Shown piece by piece: positions 42,412 through 52,609 of a stretch of 64,000 bases of DNA. The DNA is taken from NCBI GenBank assembly GCA_963666315.2, contig CAXXHG010000005.1, forward strand, positions 1 through 64,000. The letters run 5' to 3'. The stretch is from Candidatus Binatia bacterium (GTDB lineage: Bacteria; Desulfobacterota; Binatia; Bin18). The notes under the pieces were generated by a model. That model had not been told where the DNA came from and searched no databases. It saw only the letters and a list, made by a program, of their open reading frames with translations. The translations under genes were made by a program, and so were the position numbers. The first letter of the stretch is position 1; every line of letters begins with the position of its first letter.

Positions 42412-43167
42412 GTGGTGAAAATTTCTCTCTCCTTTTTCTCATTACACACCCTCCTCAAATGGGGAGCGGGTTGTGGAATTGTGATTGTTTTGTTGCATAG
42501 CGTTGCCTCACAGGCACAGGCTGCTTGTGCAGAAGACCTTGAAGAAACCCGTCGGGCAGTGGCCTACGCCCTATACGGACTGCGCACTACGAGGGAAGTG
42601 GTGCGCGCAGCTGAAGCACGGACCCATGGACGTGAGGCCGTATTACAAGAATTGCGTCTGCATCCTCCTGAAGACTATGACTCGACGTTGGCGCGGCAGG
42701 TAGGGAAGCTCCGGCGCAGCATCGTTCGCCCCAAACGTGCCTTACTCGCGCAGTTAAGAGAGCAGCACGAAGACGCACGGCGTCACTGGGAGCGCGGCAT
42801 TCGACTGATTCACGCGCAGTTTCTTGAAGCTCAAGCGGCCTTTCAGGAACAGCTACTGACACCGGAGGCCTACTGCTACGCTCGAGAGTCGTATCTCCGA
42901 GCACTGTCCCTATATCGGAACGGGCTCGAACACTACCGAACCGGACTGGCCCTGTATGCCGATGGCCTCAACGCATACCGGGAACGCTTTGTCGTGCCGT
43001 GTCTGCAAGGCTATACAGACCCATATCAATGGCAGGTGTTGGTTGAGCGGCTTGAGCGGGAAGATTTCTTGCAAGAGTTCCTCAGTCCACTCACGACAAA
43101 TGCTTTGCGTAACGCACCGCAGGACATCCCGCCGGACGTCAATAAGCTGGTGCGTAAGCGACCTTGA
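42412..43167 (+). CDS. Hypothetical secreted helical/coiled-coil protein
   Basis: Signal-like N-terminus, amphipathic helices with a YxxxLxx heptad; adjacent to the OsmC-family gene. Confidence 0.6.
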   Translation: MVKISLSFFSLHTLLKWGAGCGIVIVLLHSVASQAQAACAEDLEETRRAVAYALYGLRTTREVVRAAEARTHGREAVLQELRLHPPEDYDSTLARQVGKLRRSIVRPKRALLAQLREQHEDARRHWERGIRLIHAQFLEAQAAFQEQLLTPEAYCYARESYLRALSLYRNGLEHYRTGLALYADGLNAYRERFVVPCLQGYTDPYQWQVLVERLEREDFLQEFLSPLTTNALRNAPQDIPPDVNKLVRKRP

Positions 43168-43218
43168 AGATCGACACCACAACAAAGCGGTGGGGAAAAG
43201 GCTACCGGAGGGGAAAGT

Positions 43219-43560
43219 GTGAATCGACACAGTATACGAAAGCAGCACGCTTCCAAGCTTCCCAAAAAGCTAAAAGACTTGTTTTGGGACTATGACTTTG
43301 CGGCTTTACGCTGGGAACCCGATCGAGATCTCATCATAGCGCGAGTACTGACCTTGGGAAGCTGGGATGCTGTGACTTGGTTACGGTCTGCCGTGGAAGA
43401 TTGTGCCTTGCGAGAGTGGATCCAGGCTCATCGTGGCGGTGGGATGAGCCCGCAGCGGCTTCGCTTTTGGGAGCTTATCCTAGGACTGTCGCACCATCAG
43501 GTGAATGCGTGGCTGGCGGAGGAGGGGCGGCGAACTTGGGATCGAAGAAGACACGTCTGA
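43219..43560 (+). CDS. DUF6922-like putative antitoxin
   Basis: LFWDYDF...RDLIIARVLTLGSWDAVTWLR...LRFWELIL; GGAGG RBS. Confidence 0.7.
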   Translation: MNRHSIRKQHASKLPKKLKDLFWDYDFAALRWEPDRDLIIARVLTLGSWDAVTWLRSAVEDCALREWIQAHRGGGMSPQRLRFWELILGLSHHQVNAWLAEEGRRTWDRRRHV

Positions 43561-43580
43561 AATTCTATCCAGAGGGCTAA

Positions 43581-44443
43581 GAACCTGTTCAGGATCTTTT
43601 GAGCAGGAGGACGGTAAAAGCAAGCACGACCATTTGCAGACTGGTGTTCAAGTGCCTCTCGCAGTTCTTCCACAAGCGCCGGCATTTCTCCAGCCACGCG
43701 AAACTCCGCTCCACGACCCACCGTTTCGGGATAACCGTGAAGCGATGCAAGTCGCTCCGTTTGGCTACTTCGACCCTGGCCCCTAGCGCCGTCTGGACGG
43801 CCTGGGCAAACTGCTCGCCGCTATAGCCCCCATCCACCAGCAAGGTCTCAACCTGAGAGAGGGCAGACTCGTGGAGCGCAAAGGCTGCCAACGCCCCAGC
43901 TCGGTCCGTGACATTGGCGGTCGTCACATGGAGCGCATGCGGTAATCCCTGCGTATCTACGGCCAGATGCCGCTTGATCCCCGACACTTTCTTGCCCGCG
44001 TCATACCCTTTGTGTTTCGCGGTATCCGTGTTCTTCACGCTCTGGGCATCTACGATACAAAAGCTCGTCTTCTCTTTCCGCCCAGCTTGTATGCGGGCCG
44101 CCCCGATGAATTTTTTTTAAGCAGTCCTCTAGCAGGCTGGCCCGCGACTCGACACGTTGCTCACTCCAGATGCGAAAATATTCATGGCAGGTCCGCCACT
44201 TCGGGAAATCCGCAGGGAGCATCCGCCACCGACACCCACTCCTCAACACATAGAGGACACCACAGAAGACATCGTACAAATCGACTCTCCGGGGTTTTGT
44301 CTTCTTGCGCGCCGACTCCAGGAGCGGCCGAATGCGCGCGAACTGCTCGCGCGTGATATCACTCGGGTACCTATGGCTCATGATCCCCCCTCCTCAACAC
44401 GGACAGCGTAACAGATCCGTCAGGATTAATCTTGAACAGGTTC
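43581..44443 (-). mobile_element. IS5-family insertion sequence (863 bp)
   Basis: TIRs GAACCTGTTCAGGATC / GAACCTGTTCAAGATT (14 of 16 match), flanked by TAA on both sides. Confidence 0.93.
43589..44381 (-). CDS. IS5-family transposase, two ORFs joined by a probable programmed -1 frameshift
   Basis: OrfA YPSDI...SGCRWRMLPADFP; OrfB GYDAGKKVSGIKRHLAVDT...DGGY...RWVVERSFAW; A8 slippery run at 44111-44118. Confidence 0.9.
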
Positions 44444-44757
44444 TAAGGAGCGGATGAAGATTGTTAACCCATAAGGGGGGCGATGTCGCTGGAATATGCC
44501 TTGGGCTGGGGAAGAGTATCGCGAGAAGGGGTGTAGGTCGCTCAGAATTGGCGCACAGCGGCCTTTGTGCCAATTTCGTGTCTCTTTTTGGACGCCCAAG
44601 AGCTTTACGGGTCCTTCTGGAGCTTTTCAGAAAGCAGCGGGTCACATTTGCGAGGTTCTGTTTTTTTTCAAACATAAAAAAATGAAGGTAAAACGCCCCA
44701 ATTGGGGCCAAAACTCTTGAAAAATAAGGCTGAAAACGCATCCACTAAGAGCTAAAA

Positions 44758-45054
44758 ATGCCTCGACTTTGCACCCTATGTCGCCATCCAGAGCGAGAAT
44801 CCATAGACAAATCTCTATTGGCTGAAGAGCCCCTGCGGACCGTGGCGGACCGCTATGGGGTCTCGAAAACAACCCTAATCAGGCACAAACCCCACGGTAC
44901 CAGAAGAGCAAAGGCGCCCCCCTCTATTGAAGAACTGCTCGATACGTGGCGTCGGGCAGATGAAGAAACGAAAAAGACGCTTTTCCGGGATGCAATCCGT
45001 CCCTGGCTAACTGGAAGAGGAACTCTCCCTATGGTGTGGCACGGGCGGTTGTGA
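44758..45054 (+). CDS. Small CxxCxH + HTH protein (mobile-element/phage-type hypothetical)
   Basis: MPRLCTLCRHPER..ID..L...LRTVADRYGVSKTTLIRH. Confidence 0.65.
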   Translation: MPRLCTLCRHPERESIDKSLLAEEPLRTVADRYGVSKTTLIRHKPHGTRRAKAPPSIEELLDTWRRADEETKKTLFRDAIRPWLTGRGTLPMVWHGRL

Positions 45055-45147
45055 GAGAGCCACTCCCCCTCACAGACGTAGTGCTCCCCGCGGAGGGGAT
45101 CCCCTTCCTGGTTAGGTTGCTTCCCTTCGCAGAGACGGTCTTTCTCC

Positions 45148-45193
45148 CCCTTATAGGGGTGTGACAATCATGATTGTCACACCCCTATAAGGG
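45148..45193. repeat. Perfect 46-bp spacerless palindrome
   Basis: CCCTTATAGGGGTGTGACAATCA|TGATTGTCACACCCCTATAAGGG; 23 of 23 pairs checked. Confidence 0.97.
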
Positions 45194-45596
45194 TACGTGA
45201 GTTGGCAGGAGCACGACTGTCTACTCACGCCTTGATGTTAGTCCTTCTCGTTGACGGCTATACTCAGATCTTCAAGAAGGATCTGCTCATAGTTTCTCCA
45301 TATTTTTGTTCCATTCTTGCCCATTCGTTCCTAACGAGCGGAGTCTTTCCTTGCCTCTCCTATTCTGCGCGTATATACGCTAGCCTTACACTTGTGAGAA
45401 CACCTTGGGCCGCAGAGCGCCGTTGTTTTCTGTGTCTGATAACCGCGTTTATGACAAATTGCACCGAAAAAGCAAAAGTCACTGGGTGGTTATTTCCCCC
45501 GTAAATCGAACTCCTACGCAGCCGTGACGCCGGCATGGCGGCGTCTATCTATTACGGTCATTCTTTTATACAATCCCGCATGGCAGGTTGGCGTGT

Positions 45597-48500
45597 ATGG
45601 ATTTTCTGGAAGTTGTCAAGCAGGCGCGTGCCGCGCTACAGAGCGAGCGCCGGATTACCTACCGCGTGCTCAAACGGCAATTTGCGCTCGATGACGAGTC
45701 GTTGGAGGACCTGAAAGAGCAACTCATCGAGGCTGAAGAGCTCGCCATCGACAAAGACGGCAAAATGCTGGTCTGGGTCGGAGGCAGGGACCAACCGAAT
45801 GACCAGCCGGCAGCCACCACGGCGAAGCCAGTTTCCCGCAAAGCGAAGTCTCCAAACCGAGAGGGCACTAAAGCTCGGAAATCGCCGGTCAGCAAACGCG
45901 GCAGCCGTTCGGCCAAACAGAGCACGCCGGCGAGTTACACTCCCCCTCACCTGGCCGAACGCATCCTGGCTGAACAATCAGCTATGGAAGCTCGCGGTGT
46001 GACTGACGGCGAGCGAAAAACGATTACCGCGGTCTTTTCCGACCTCAAAGGCTCGACAGCTTTGATTGAAGGGCTCGACCCAGAGGAAGCCCGAGCCATT
46101 ATTGACCCAGCGCTCCAACTCATGATGGACGCTGTTCATCGCTATGACGGCTATGTGGCACAAGCCTTAGGCGACGGCATCTTCGCGTTGTTTGGTGCAC
46201 CTATCGCGCATGAAGACCATCCCCAGCGAGCACTGTATGCAGCGCTGCGGATGCAGGAGGAGATGCGGCGCTATGGAGACACGCTTCGCGAGCAGGGCCG
46301 TCCCCCGCTCCTTATGCGTGTGGGAATGAATACGGGGGAAGTGGTGGTGCGCTCTATTCGTAAGGATGACCTGCATGCCGACTATGTGCCGGTCGGTCAT
46401 TGCACGAACCTGGCGGCTCGCATGGAGCAACTTGCCGCGCCTGGTTCGATTCTGGTTAGCGAGCAGACGCATCGCCTGACGGAGGGCTACTTTGAGTTTA
46501 AGGCACTGGGGAAAACCCAAGTCAAAGGAGTTGAAGAGCCGCTCAATGTATACGAGGTGGTAGGAGCAGGCCCACTCAGAACTCGCCTGCAAGTGTCTGC
46601 TCGGCGTGGTCTTAGCCGGTTTGTGGGTCGCCATACTGAGATGGACCAAATGCAGCGGGTGTTGGAGCAAGCCAAGGCGGGCCATGGGCAGATTGTGGGG
46701 GTAATGGGTGAGCCTGGCGTTGGCAAATCCCAGCTCTTTTATGAGTTCAAGCTCACCTCACAGAGTGGTTGTTTGGTGCTCGAAGCATTTGCGGTTTCTC
46801 ACGGTAAGGCATCGCCGTATCTACCAGTTATCGAACTGCTCAAAAATTACTTTCAGATTCAGCCGCAAGATGATGAACGGCAGCGCCGGGAGAGAGTGAT
46901 AGGAAAGGTCCTGGGCCTGGACCGCAGCCTCGAAGACACCTTGCCGTATCTGTTCTCACTACTCGGCATCAGTGACCCTCAATCCAGCCTGCAGCAAATG
47001 GACGCGCAGATTCGCCGGCGACGGACATTTGAGTCCCTGAAGAAACTGTTCCTGCGAGAGAGCCTCAACCAGCCCCTCATTCTCATCTTTGAGGATCTGC
47101 ACTGGATAGACACTGAGACGCAAGGGTTTCTCGATACGCTGAGTGAGAGTGTGGCCTCAGCGAAACTGCTGCTGGTGGTGAACTACCGGCCCGAGTATCG
47201 GCACGAGTGGGGAGGGAAGACGTATTACACGCAGCTTCGTCTCGCTCCCCTGGGCAAAGACGAGGCAGAAGAGCTGCTCACCTTTCTGCTTGGAAACGAT
47301 GCGAGTCTCAAGGCGTTGAAGCAGCTCATCCTCGAAAAGACTGAAGGGACACCGTTCTTTATGGAAGAGGTGGTGCAGACGTTAGCTGAGGAAGGCACGC
47401 TCAGAGGAGAACGGGGGAGCTATCGGCTCGAAGGAACTCCGACTGAGCTTCGCATCTCGCCGACCGTGCAAGGCGTGCTAGCCGCCCGCATTGACCGGCT
47501 AGCGCCAAAAGAGAAAGAGTTCTTACATCAGTTAGCGGTAATTGGACGAGAGTTTCCCTTAAGCCTGGTCCGGCACGTTGTCTCACAGCCTGAAGAGGAG
47601 TTGTATCGGTTGTTAGCTTCACTACAGAGCAAAGAGTTTCTCTATGAACAGCCAGCATTCCCTGAGGTGGAATATATATTCAAGCATGCTCTGACCCAGG
47701 AAGTCGCCTACGGCACAGTGCTCCAGGAGCGGCGCAAGACGCTGCATGGGCGGACCGCGCAAGCCATAGAGGAACTCTATAGCTCCAGCTTGGACGACCA
47801 CTACAGTGAGTTGGCTCATCACTATAGTCGCGGTGGAAACGCTGAGAAGGCAGTAAAGTACCTCCAGCTGGCGGGGCAACAGGCGGTGCAGCGCTCAGCC
47901 AATGTGGAAGCGATTAGTCACTTCACAACGGCTCTCGATTTACTCCAGGTCCTACCAGACACCCCTGAGCGCAGCCAGCAAGAACTCATGTTGCAAGTGG
48001 CCTTGGGAGCGCCCCTAATGGCCACCAAGGGCTTTGCGGCCCCGGAAGTAGAGAACGTCTACCTGCGGGCACGGGAGCTATGTGAGCAGGTGGGGGAAAC
48101 CCCTGAGCTCTTCCCGGTGCTGTACGGGCTGCTTGCGTTTTATTTTGCACGGGCTGAGCACAAGAGGGCGCACGAGCTGGGAGAGCAAATGCTGCGCTTG
48201 GCCCAAAGCAGGCAAGACCCCGCTCTGCTGATGGTGGCTCATTTGGTGATGGGGGCCATCTTGTTCTTTCTAGGAGAGCTAACCCCTGCCCGCACCCACC
48301 TGGAGCAAGGGAGTGCTCTTTACGACTCCCCGCAGCACCACTCTTTGGCTTTCATCTATGGGTCTGTTGACCCTGGGGTAGACTGTCTGTGCAATACGAC
48401 CACGGCCTTGTGGCATCTTGGCTATCCGGAGCAGGCTCTGAAGAGAAACCACGAGGCCCTGAGCCTGGCCCAAGAACTGTCTCACCCCTCTAGTCTGGCT

Positions 48501-48989
48501 TATGCCCTGGACTCCGCTGCCTGGCTCCATCAGTCTCGCCGGGAGGGGCAAGCAGTCCAAGAACGGGCCGAGGCAGCCATTGCCCTCTCGACCGAGCAGG
48601 GATTTCCATACTGGTTGGCGTGGGGGACAATGCTGCAGGGCTGGGGGCTGGCTGAGCAAGGCCAGGTCGAAGAGGGGATTGCCCAGATACGTGAGGGACT
48701 GGCTGCCTGGCAGGCCACGGGATCGGAGGCATGGTGGCCATATTTTCTTGCCCTGCTGGCAGAGATGCATGGAAAAGGGGGGCAGGCCGAGGAAGGGCTG
48801 AGGGCAGTGGAGGAGGCATTGGCTTTTGTAGAGAGAACCGAGGAGCGTGTCTATGAGGCGGAGCTGCACCGGCTGAAGGGAGAGCTAACGCTTCAGTGCA
48901 ATGTTCAGAGTCCGGAGTCTCGGGCCAAAGAAGCCGAAGAATGTTTCCAGAAATCCATTGACATTGCTCCTCAGGTGCTCATCTGCTAA
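45597..48989 (+). CDS. Class III adenylate/guanylate cyclase + AAA ATPase + TPR protein, C-terminally truncated
   Basis: GERKTITAVFSDLKGST, GDGIFALFG, NLAAR, GEPGVGKS, EDLHW, FKHAL; ends abruptly at SIDIA-PQVLIC. Confidence 0.88.
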   Translation: MDFLEVVKQARAALQSERRITYRVLKRQFALDDESLEDLKEQLIEAEELAIDKDGKMLVWVGGRDQPNDQPAATTAKPVSRKAKSPNREGTKARKSPVSKRGSRSAKQSTPASYTPPHLAERILAEQSAMEARGVTDGERKTITAVFSDLKGSTALIEGLDPEEARAIIDPALQLMMDAVHRYDGYVAQALGDGIFALFGAPIAHEDHPQRALYAALRMQEEMRRYGDTLREQGRPPLLMRVGMNTGEVVVRSIRKDDLHADYVPVGHCTNLAARMEQLAAPGSILVSEQTHRLTEGYFEFKALGKTQVKGVEEPLNVYEVVGAGPLRTRLQVSARRGLSRFVGRHTEMDQMQRVLEQAKAGHGQIVGVMGEPGVGKSQLFYEFKLTSQSGCLVLEAFAVSHGKASPYLPVIELLKNYFQIQPQDDERQRRERVIGKVLGLDRSLEDTLPYLFSLLGISDPQSSLQQMDAQIRRRRTFESLKKLFLRESLNQPLILIFEDLHWIDTETQGFLDTLSESVASAKLLLVVNYRPEYRHEWGGKTYYTQLRLAPLGKDEAEELLTFLLGNDASLKALKQLILEKTEGTPFFMEEVVQTLAEEGTLRGERGSYRLEGTPTELRISPTVQGVLAARIDRLAPKEKEFLHQLAVIGREFPLSLVRHVVSQPEEELYRLLASLQSKEFLYEQPAFPEVEYIFKHALTQEVAYGTVLQERRKTLHGRTAQAIEELYSSSLDDHYSELAHHYSRGGNAEKAVKYLQLAGQQAVQRSANVEAISHFTTALDLLQVLPDTPERSQQELMLQVALGAPLMATKGFAAPEVENVYLRARELCEQVGETPELFPVLYGLLAFYFARAEHKRAHELGEQMLRLAQSRQDPALLMVAHLVMGAILFFLGELTPARTHLEQGSALYDSPQHHSLAFIYGSVDPGVDCLCNTTTALWHLGYPEQALKRNHEALSLAQELSHPSSLAYALDSAAWLHQSRREGQAVQERAEAAIALSTEQGFPYWLAWGTMLQGWGLAEQGQVEEGIAQIREGLAAWQATGSEAWWPYFLALLAEMHGKGGQAEEGLRAVEEALAFVERTEERVYEAELHRLKGELTLQCNVQSPESRAKEAEECFQKSIDIAPQVLIC

Positions 48990-49000
48990 TACTTTGAGAC

Positions 49001-49117
49001 GGTGAAGGGATACACCACATATGCTTCACCTCTACGGACCTTGATGACGTTATACCCGAGCTAAAACGGAAAGGAATTCCTGTGACCAGTGACCCGCCAC
49101 TTTCGGCCCCGGACTAA
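49001..49117 (+). pseudogene. VOC / methylmalonyl-CoA epimerase-like gene fragment
   Basis: GEGIHHICFTSTDLDDVIPELKRKGI with no start codon. Confidence 0.6.
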
Positions 49118-49211
49118 CTTTGACAACGAGGAGCGGATTCACTGACTGTCAGATCAAGTCTTGATTTTACATTTTAAATGCCGGGGCGTGAACCGCGGCC
49201 AAGGAGGATCC

Positions 49212-49976
49212 ATGATGGCTGGAGCACTAGAAGGCAAAGTGGGCCTGATAACTGGGGCAAGCTCGGGTATCGGCCGGGCCACGGCGTTGGTCTTTGCGAG
49301 GGAGGGAGCGAAGGTGGCGGTCGCGGACATCGCCAGGGAAGGCGGCGAGCAGACCGTCCGTATGATCGAGGACCTCGGGGGGGAGGCCATATTCGTCAGG
49401 GCCGACGTTACGAAGGCATCGGAGGTCCAGGCGATGGTGGACAAGACCGTCCAGATCTACGGTCGGCTGGACTGCGCCTACAACAACGCCGGAGTCGCGG
49501 GCATTGGGGTGTCCACGCACGAGCATACCGAAGAGGATTGGGACCGGACCCTGGTAGTCAACCTGAAAGGTGTCTGGCTATGCATGAAGTCTGAGATTCC
49601 ACAGATGCTCAATCAAGGCAGTGGAGCTATCGTCAACACCGCGTCGATGCTGGGGGTGATAGGCATGGCCGGGGTGTCGGCATACGTTGCCAGTAAGCAC
49701 GGGGTGGTAGGGCTGACCAAGGCTGCCGCGCTGGAATACGCTCGCAAGGGGATCAGGATCAACGCACTATGCCCGGGAGTTATCCGAACACCCTTGACCG
49801 AGAAGGACTGGAAGGAATTCCCCGAGAAGGAGGCGCCGCTCCTCGAAGGGGAGCCCATCGGCCGGTTCGGGGAGCCGGAGGAGATGGCCGAAGTAGTGAT
49901 GTGGCTGTGCTCTGATGCGGCCTCCTTCGTCACCGGCCATGCCATGCTGGCGGACGGCGGCTACGTGGCTCAGTAG
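49212..49976 (+). CDS. Short-chain dehydrogenase/reductase
   Basis: TGASSGIG, NNAG, YVASK, CPG, DGG; AAGGAGG RBS. Confidence 0.93.
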   Translation: MMAGALEGKVGLITGASSGIGRATALVFAREGAKVAVADIAREGGEQTVRMIEDLGGEAIFVRADVTKASEVQAMVDKTVQIYGRLDCAYNNAGVAGIGVSTHEHTEEDWDRTLVVNLKGVWLCMKSEIPQMLNQGSGAIVNTASMLGVIGMAGVSAYVASKHGVVGLTKAAALEYARKGIRINALCPGVIRTPLTEKDWKEFPEKEAPLLEGEPIGRFGEPEEMAEVVMWLCSDAASFVTGHAMLADGGYVAQ

Positions 49977-50128
49977 GGCCTCGTCCTACAGGCGACGTCG
50001 TTTGGTAACTGGCCGGGACCACCCGCAAGCGGCGGCCACCCGCGCAGGCGAATAGTAGTGGAATGCTGAAATACCCCTTTGACTCGGGCCCGACTCCCTC
50101 CTTGACACGTAAGGGGGAAGAATTCATA

Positions 50129-50182
50129 TCTGAGGGACACCCTCAGACTCCCGGCAAAGGGGCGTCGCCCCTCTGCACTTCC
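50129..50182. repeat. REP-like double hairpin
   Basis: tctgagggacaccctcaga and aggggcgtcgcccct hairpins in tandem. Confidence 0.55.
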
Positions 50183-50199
50183 ATTTCCTCATCACATTG

Positions 50200-50481
50200 C
50201 TAGATACGGAATCGGTGCCAGTCCCGCTCGAAGCGCTCCTTGGCTCGAAACCCCTGCGCACTGGGCGGTTGAAACCTAACTTCCGGCTTCCTGCTGGCGA
50301 GAAACTAGCCGCCGACCGTCGCTGCCTGCCTTCCGCTGTAGGAGATAAAGCAGTAGCCGACCCCGGAGGATTCGTTTGGCTGGGTGTCGTTGATGGCGGC
50401 GGCGAGGTTCCGTCCCACGGTGTCACCTTCAGAGGTGGCGAAGACGCCCGCCTTGGGTATTCCGCGTCCGTCGGCCATGGT
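50200..50481 (-). pseudogene. C-terminal fragment of a sulfide:quinone oxidoreductase-like FAD protein with internal TAG
   Basis: IPKAGVFA..EG..V..NLA...GVGYCF...GG*FLA...PPS...KERFERDW. Confidence 0.7.
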
Positions 50482-50896
50482 GCGTCCTCCGGCCGCTAGA
50501 GCAGAGTCGGTGATCGCCTGGGCAAGCGCCTCCTGGTAGCCCCAGGAGGTAGGCTCAGGCATATCCTCGGGCACGCACACCAGCGCGGCCTTGGAGGAAG
50601 GGCGACCCCAGCAGCAGCTCCTTTGCATCGGCGAAGCCGGTCCGGTTGCGGATGTGGTCGAAGCTCCCGTTGGCGCTAAGGGTCGCGCTGGTAAGTATCA
50701 CCGACTGCTTCTGGGTGAACAGGTTCTTATCGAGGAGCTCACCCACGTGCAACGGAGCGGAGTGCAAGCTTGTGTCCCCGCTTCCACTCGTATGTGTCGT
50801 CCAGTAGATTCCGTCCTCCCTGGGATGAGGGATGAATTCTGCGAGCTGCCGGCGCAGGTCTGAATTGAACTCAAGGGCGCCTCCGATCTCAAGCAT
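50473..50896 (-). pseudogene. Internal fragment of a DinG-family helicase, frameshifted
   Basis: LHSAPLHVG..L...LF...VILTSATL...GSPF, then shifted frame VPEDMPEP...AAGGRTM. Confidence 0.75.
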
Positions 50897-51213
50897 CAGA
50901 CCTTAGTGACGCTCTCGCGCCGGCGGCGGTTGAAGCGAGAGCGTTCGAGGAACTGTGGGAACAGCGCCCGACAGTTTTTGCGCACAAAACCATACCACGC
51001 CTTCTCCGAGTCCATGCCCAACAACTCCCCGAGCAGGGCAATGGTGATCACCTCGCTATCCGAGAGGGTGGGAGGACAACCATTACGCTGCCCCCGCTCG
51101 CGAATCGAGGCGGGCACGGCCTGCTGGTAGAGATCATCGACCAGGGTGTAGACGATGGTAAAAAGCATGTCCAAAGTGAGCCCCGCTGTGCTATGCTCTC
51201 CTTGCTCCGGCAT
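50896..51213 (-). mobile_element. IS982-like transposase, N-terminal remnant
   Basis: YTLVDDLY, LSDSEVITI, SEKAW, LFP..ERSRFNRRRR; DDE domain absent. Confidence 0.75.
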
Positions 51214-51454
51214 GGCGCGTCCTCCTTTGCAAAAGGTGGCAGTTTGCACCACTATTGTAGAGGAAGAGACCAGCAGGAGCACTATTTTTTGACGTCACCG
51301 GTTCACTAGTATAACGCCTACTTGACATATTTAAATATTACTTTTATGTGGAGCGATATTCTCTGTCCGGTTACTGTCGGAACCCCGGTAACTCAAACGT
51401 TTGTATTGTTCTGTCGAGGGTTCTTTAACCTTATCGATGAAAGGAGGACGTACC

Positions 51455-52219
51455 ATGGCCAAGTTTGAGGACTACGTAAACAAGTACAAGCATGTCCGAA
51501 TGGAGCGGCGTAACGGGATTCTGCAGATCTCGTTCCACACCAACGGCGGGACCCTCAAGTGGAGCGCCGCTCCCCACGCGGAGTTCGGCGCGTGCTTTAA
51601 CGATATCGGCAGCGATCCCGAAAATAAGGTCATTATCATGACCGGGACCGGTGAGAAGTTTAACGCAGAGTTCGATGAGGGTGGCTTTGGAGATATTTCG
51701 CCGCGCTTGTGGGACGTACAGCAAGTGCACGCGAAACGCCTCTTGATGAACCTGTTGGACATCGAGGTGCCGATGATTGCCGCCGTGAATGGCCCGGCAA
51801 TCGTTCATGCCGAATTGCCGGTGATGTGTGACATCGTCCTGGCGGCTGAGCACGCGATATTTCAAGATGTGGTGCACTTTCCCAACGGCATTGTCCCGGG
51901 TGATGGGGTCCATGTGGTGTGGCCGTTGGTGTTGGGTATCAACCGGGGGCGCTATTTTCTGCTTACCGGCCAGAAGCTCTCAGCCCAAGAAGCGCTCAAC
52001 TTGGGGGTGGTCAACGAGGTGTTGCCGCGCGAGCAACTGCTGCCCCGTGCGTGGGAGCTGGCGGAGCAGTTGGCCAAACAGCCCCCGCTCACGCTACGCT
52101 ATTCTCGGGTAGTGCTCACCCAGCAGCTCAAGCGTCTCATGCTCGATAACCTCGGATACGGGTTGGCGCTGGAGGGGCTGGGAGCAAACGATTACTGGCT
52201 AACCGGCAAGACTAAATAA
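51455..52219 (+). CDS. Crotonase-superfamily C-C hydrolase (6-oxocamphor hydrolase-like)
   Basis: AAVNGPAIVHAE, FQDVVHFPNGIVPGDGVH, NRGRYFLLTGQ. Confidence 0.82.
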   Translation: MAKFEDYVNKYKHVRMERRNGILQISFHTNGGTLKWSAAPHAEFGACFNDIGSDPENKVIIMTGTGEKFNAEFDEGGFGDISPRLWDVQQVHAKRLLMNLLDIEVPMIAAVNGPAIVHAELPVMCDIVLAAEHAIFQDVVHFPNGIVPGDGVHVVWPLVLGINRGRYFLLTGQKLSAQEALNLGVVNEVLPREQLLPRAWELAEQLAKQPPLTLRYSRVVLTQQLKRLMLDNLGYGLALEGLGANDYWLTGKTK

Positions 52220-52232
52220 GGGTGAGAGACCT

Positions 52233-52268
52233 GGGGGGGCAAGAGAACTCCATGCTCTTGGCCCCCCC
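52233..52268. terminator. GC-rich hairpin after the hydrolase gene
   Basis: GGGGGGGCAAGAG...CTCTTGGCCCCCCC; weak U tract. Confidence 0.45.
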
Positions 52269-52609
52269 CTCGGCTTCTTCCTCACGCCCCAGCTCGGCGT
52301 TGTGCCGAGATACGCGCAAGATTAGGACATAGGCCCCACACGCGGCCTCCTTCGCGTTCGTTTAGGGGTAAACTCCTGTTTTATTGATCTCCTGAGCGAG
52401 AGCCGCATGATACTTGAACACGGGTACCAATCAATATATAGACCTGGCCGGCACTCTCATGCGGGGCCTTGTGCCAATTGTTCTGTCTTCATATCCTGTC
52501 CTATAAGAAACGATCAAGAGGACCGTTTCTCTTGTCAGGGGAAGGGGAAAAGGAGTAGAGATGAGGAAGTACCGCACAACCGCCTTTTGTTTATCAAGCG
52601 AGGTGACCT

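Noticed and set aside
44394-44872. Overlapping short ORFs right of the IS5 (44394-44741, 44461-44685, 44496-44720, 44642-44872)
   Set aside because: No recognisable motifs or RBS; probably non-coding element-end sequence
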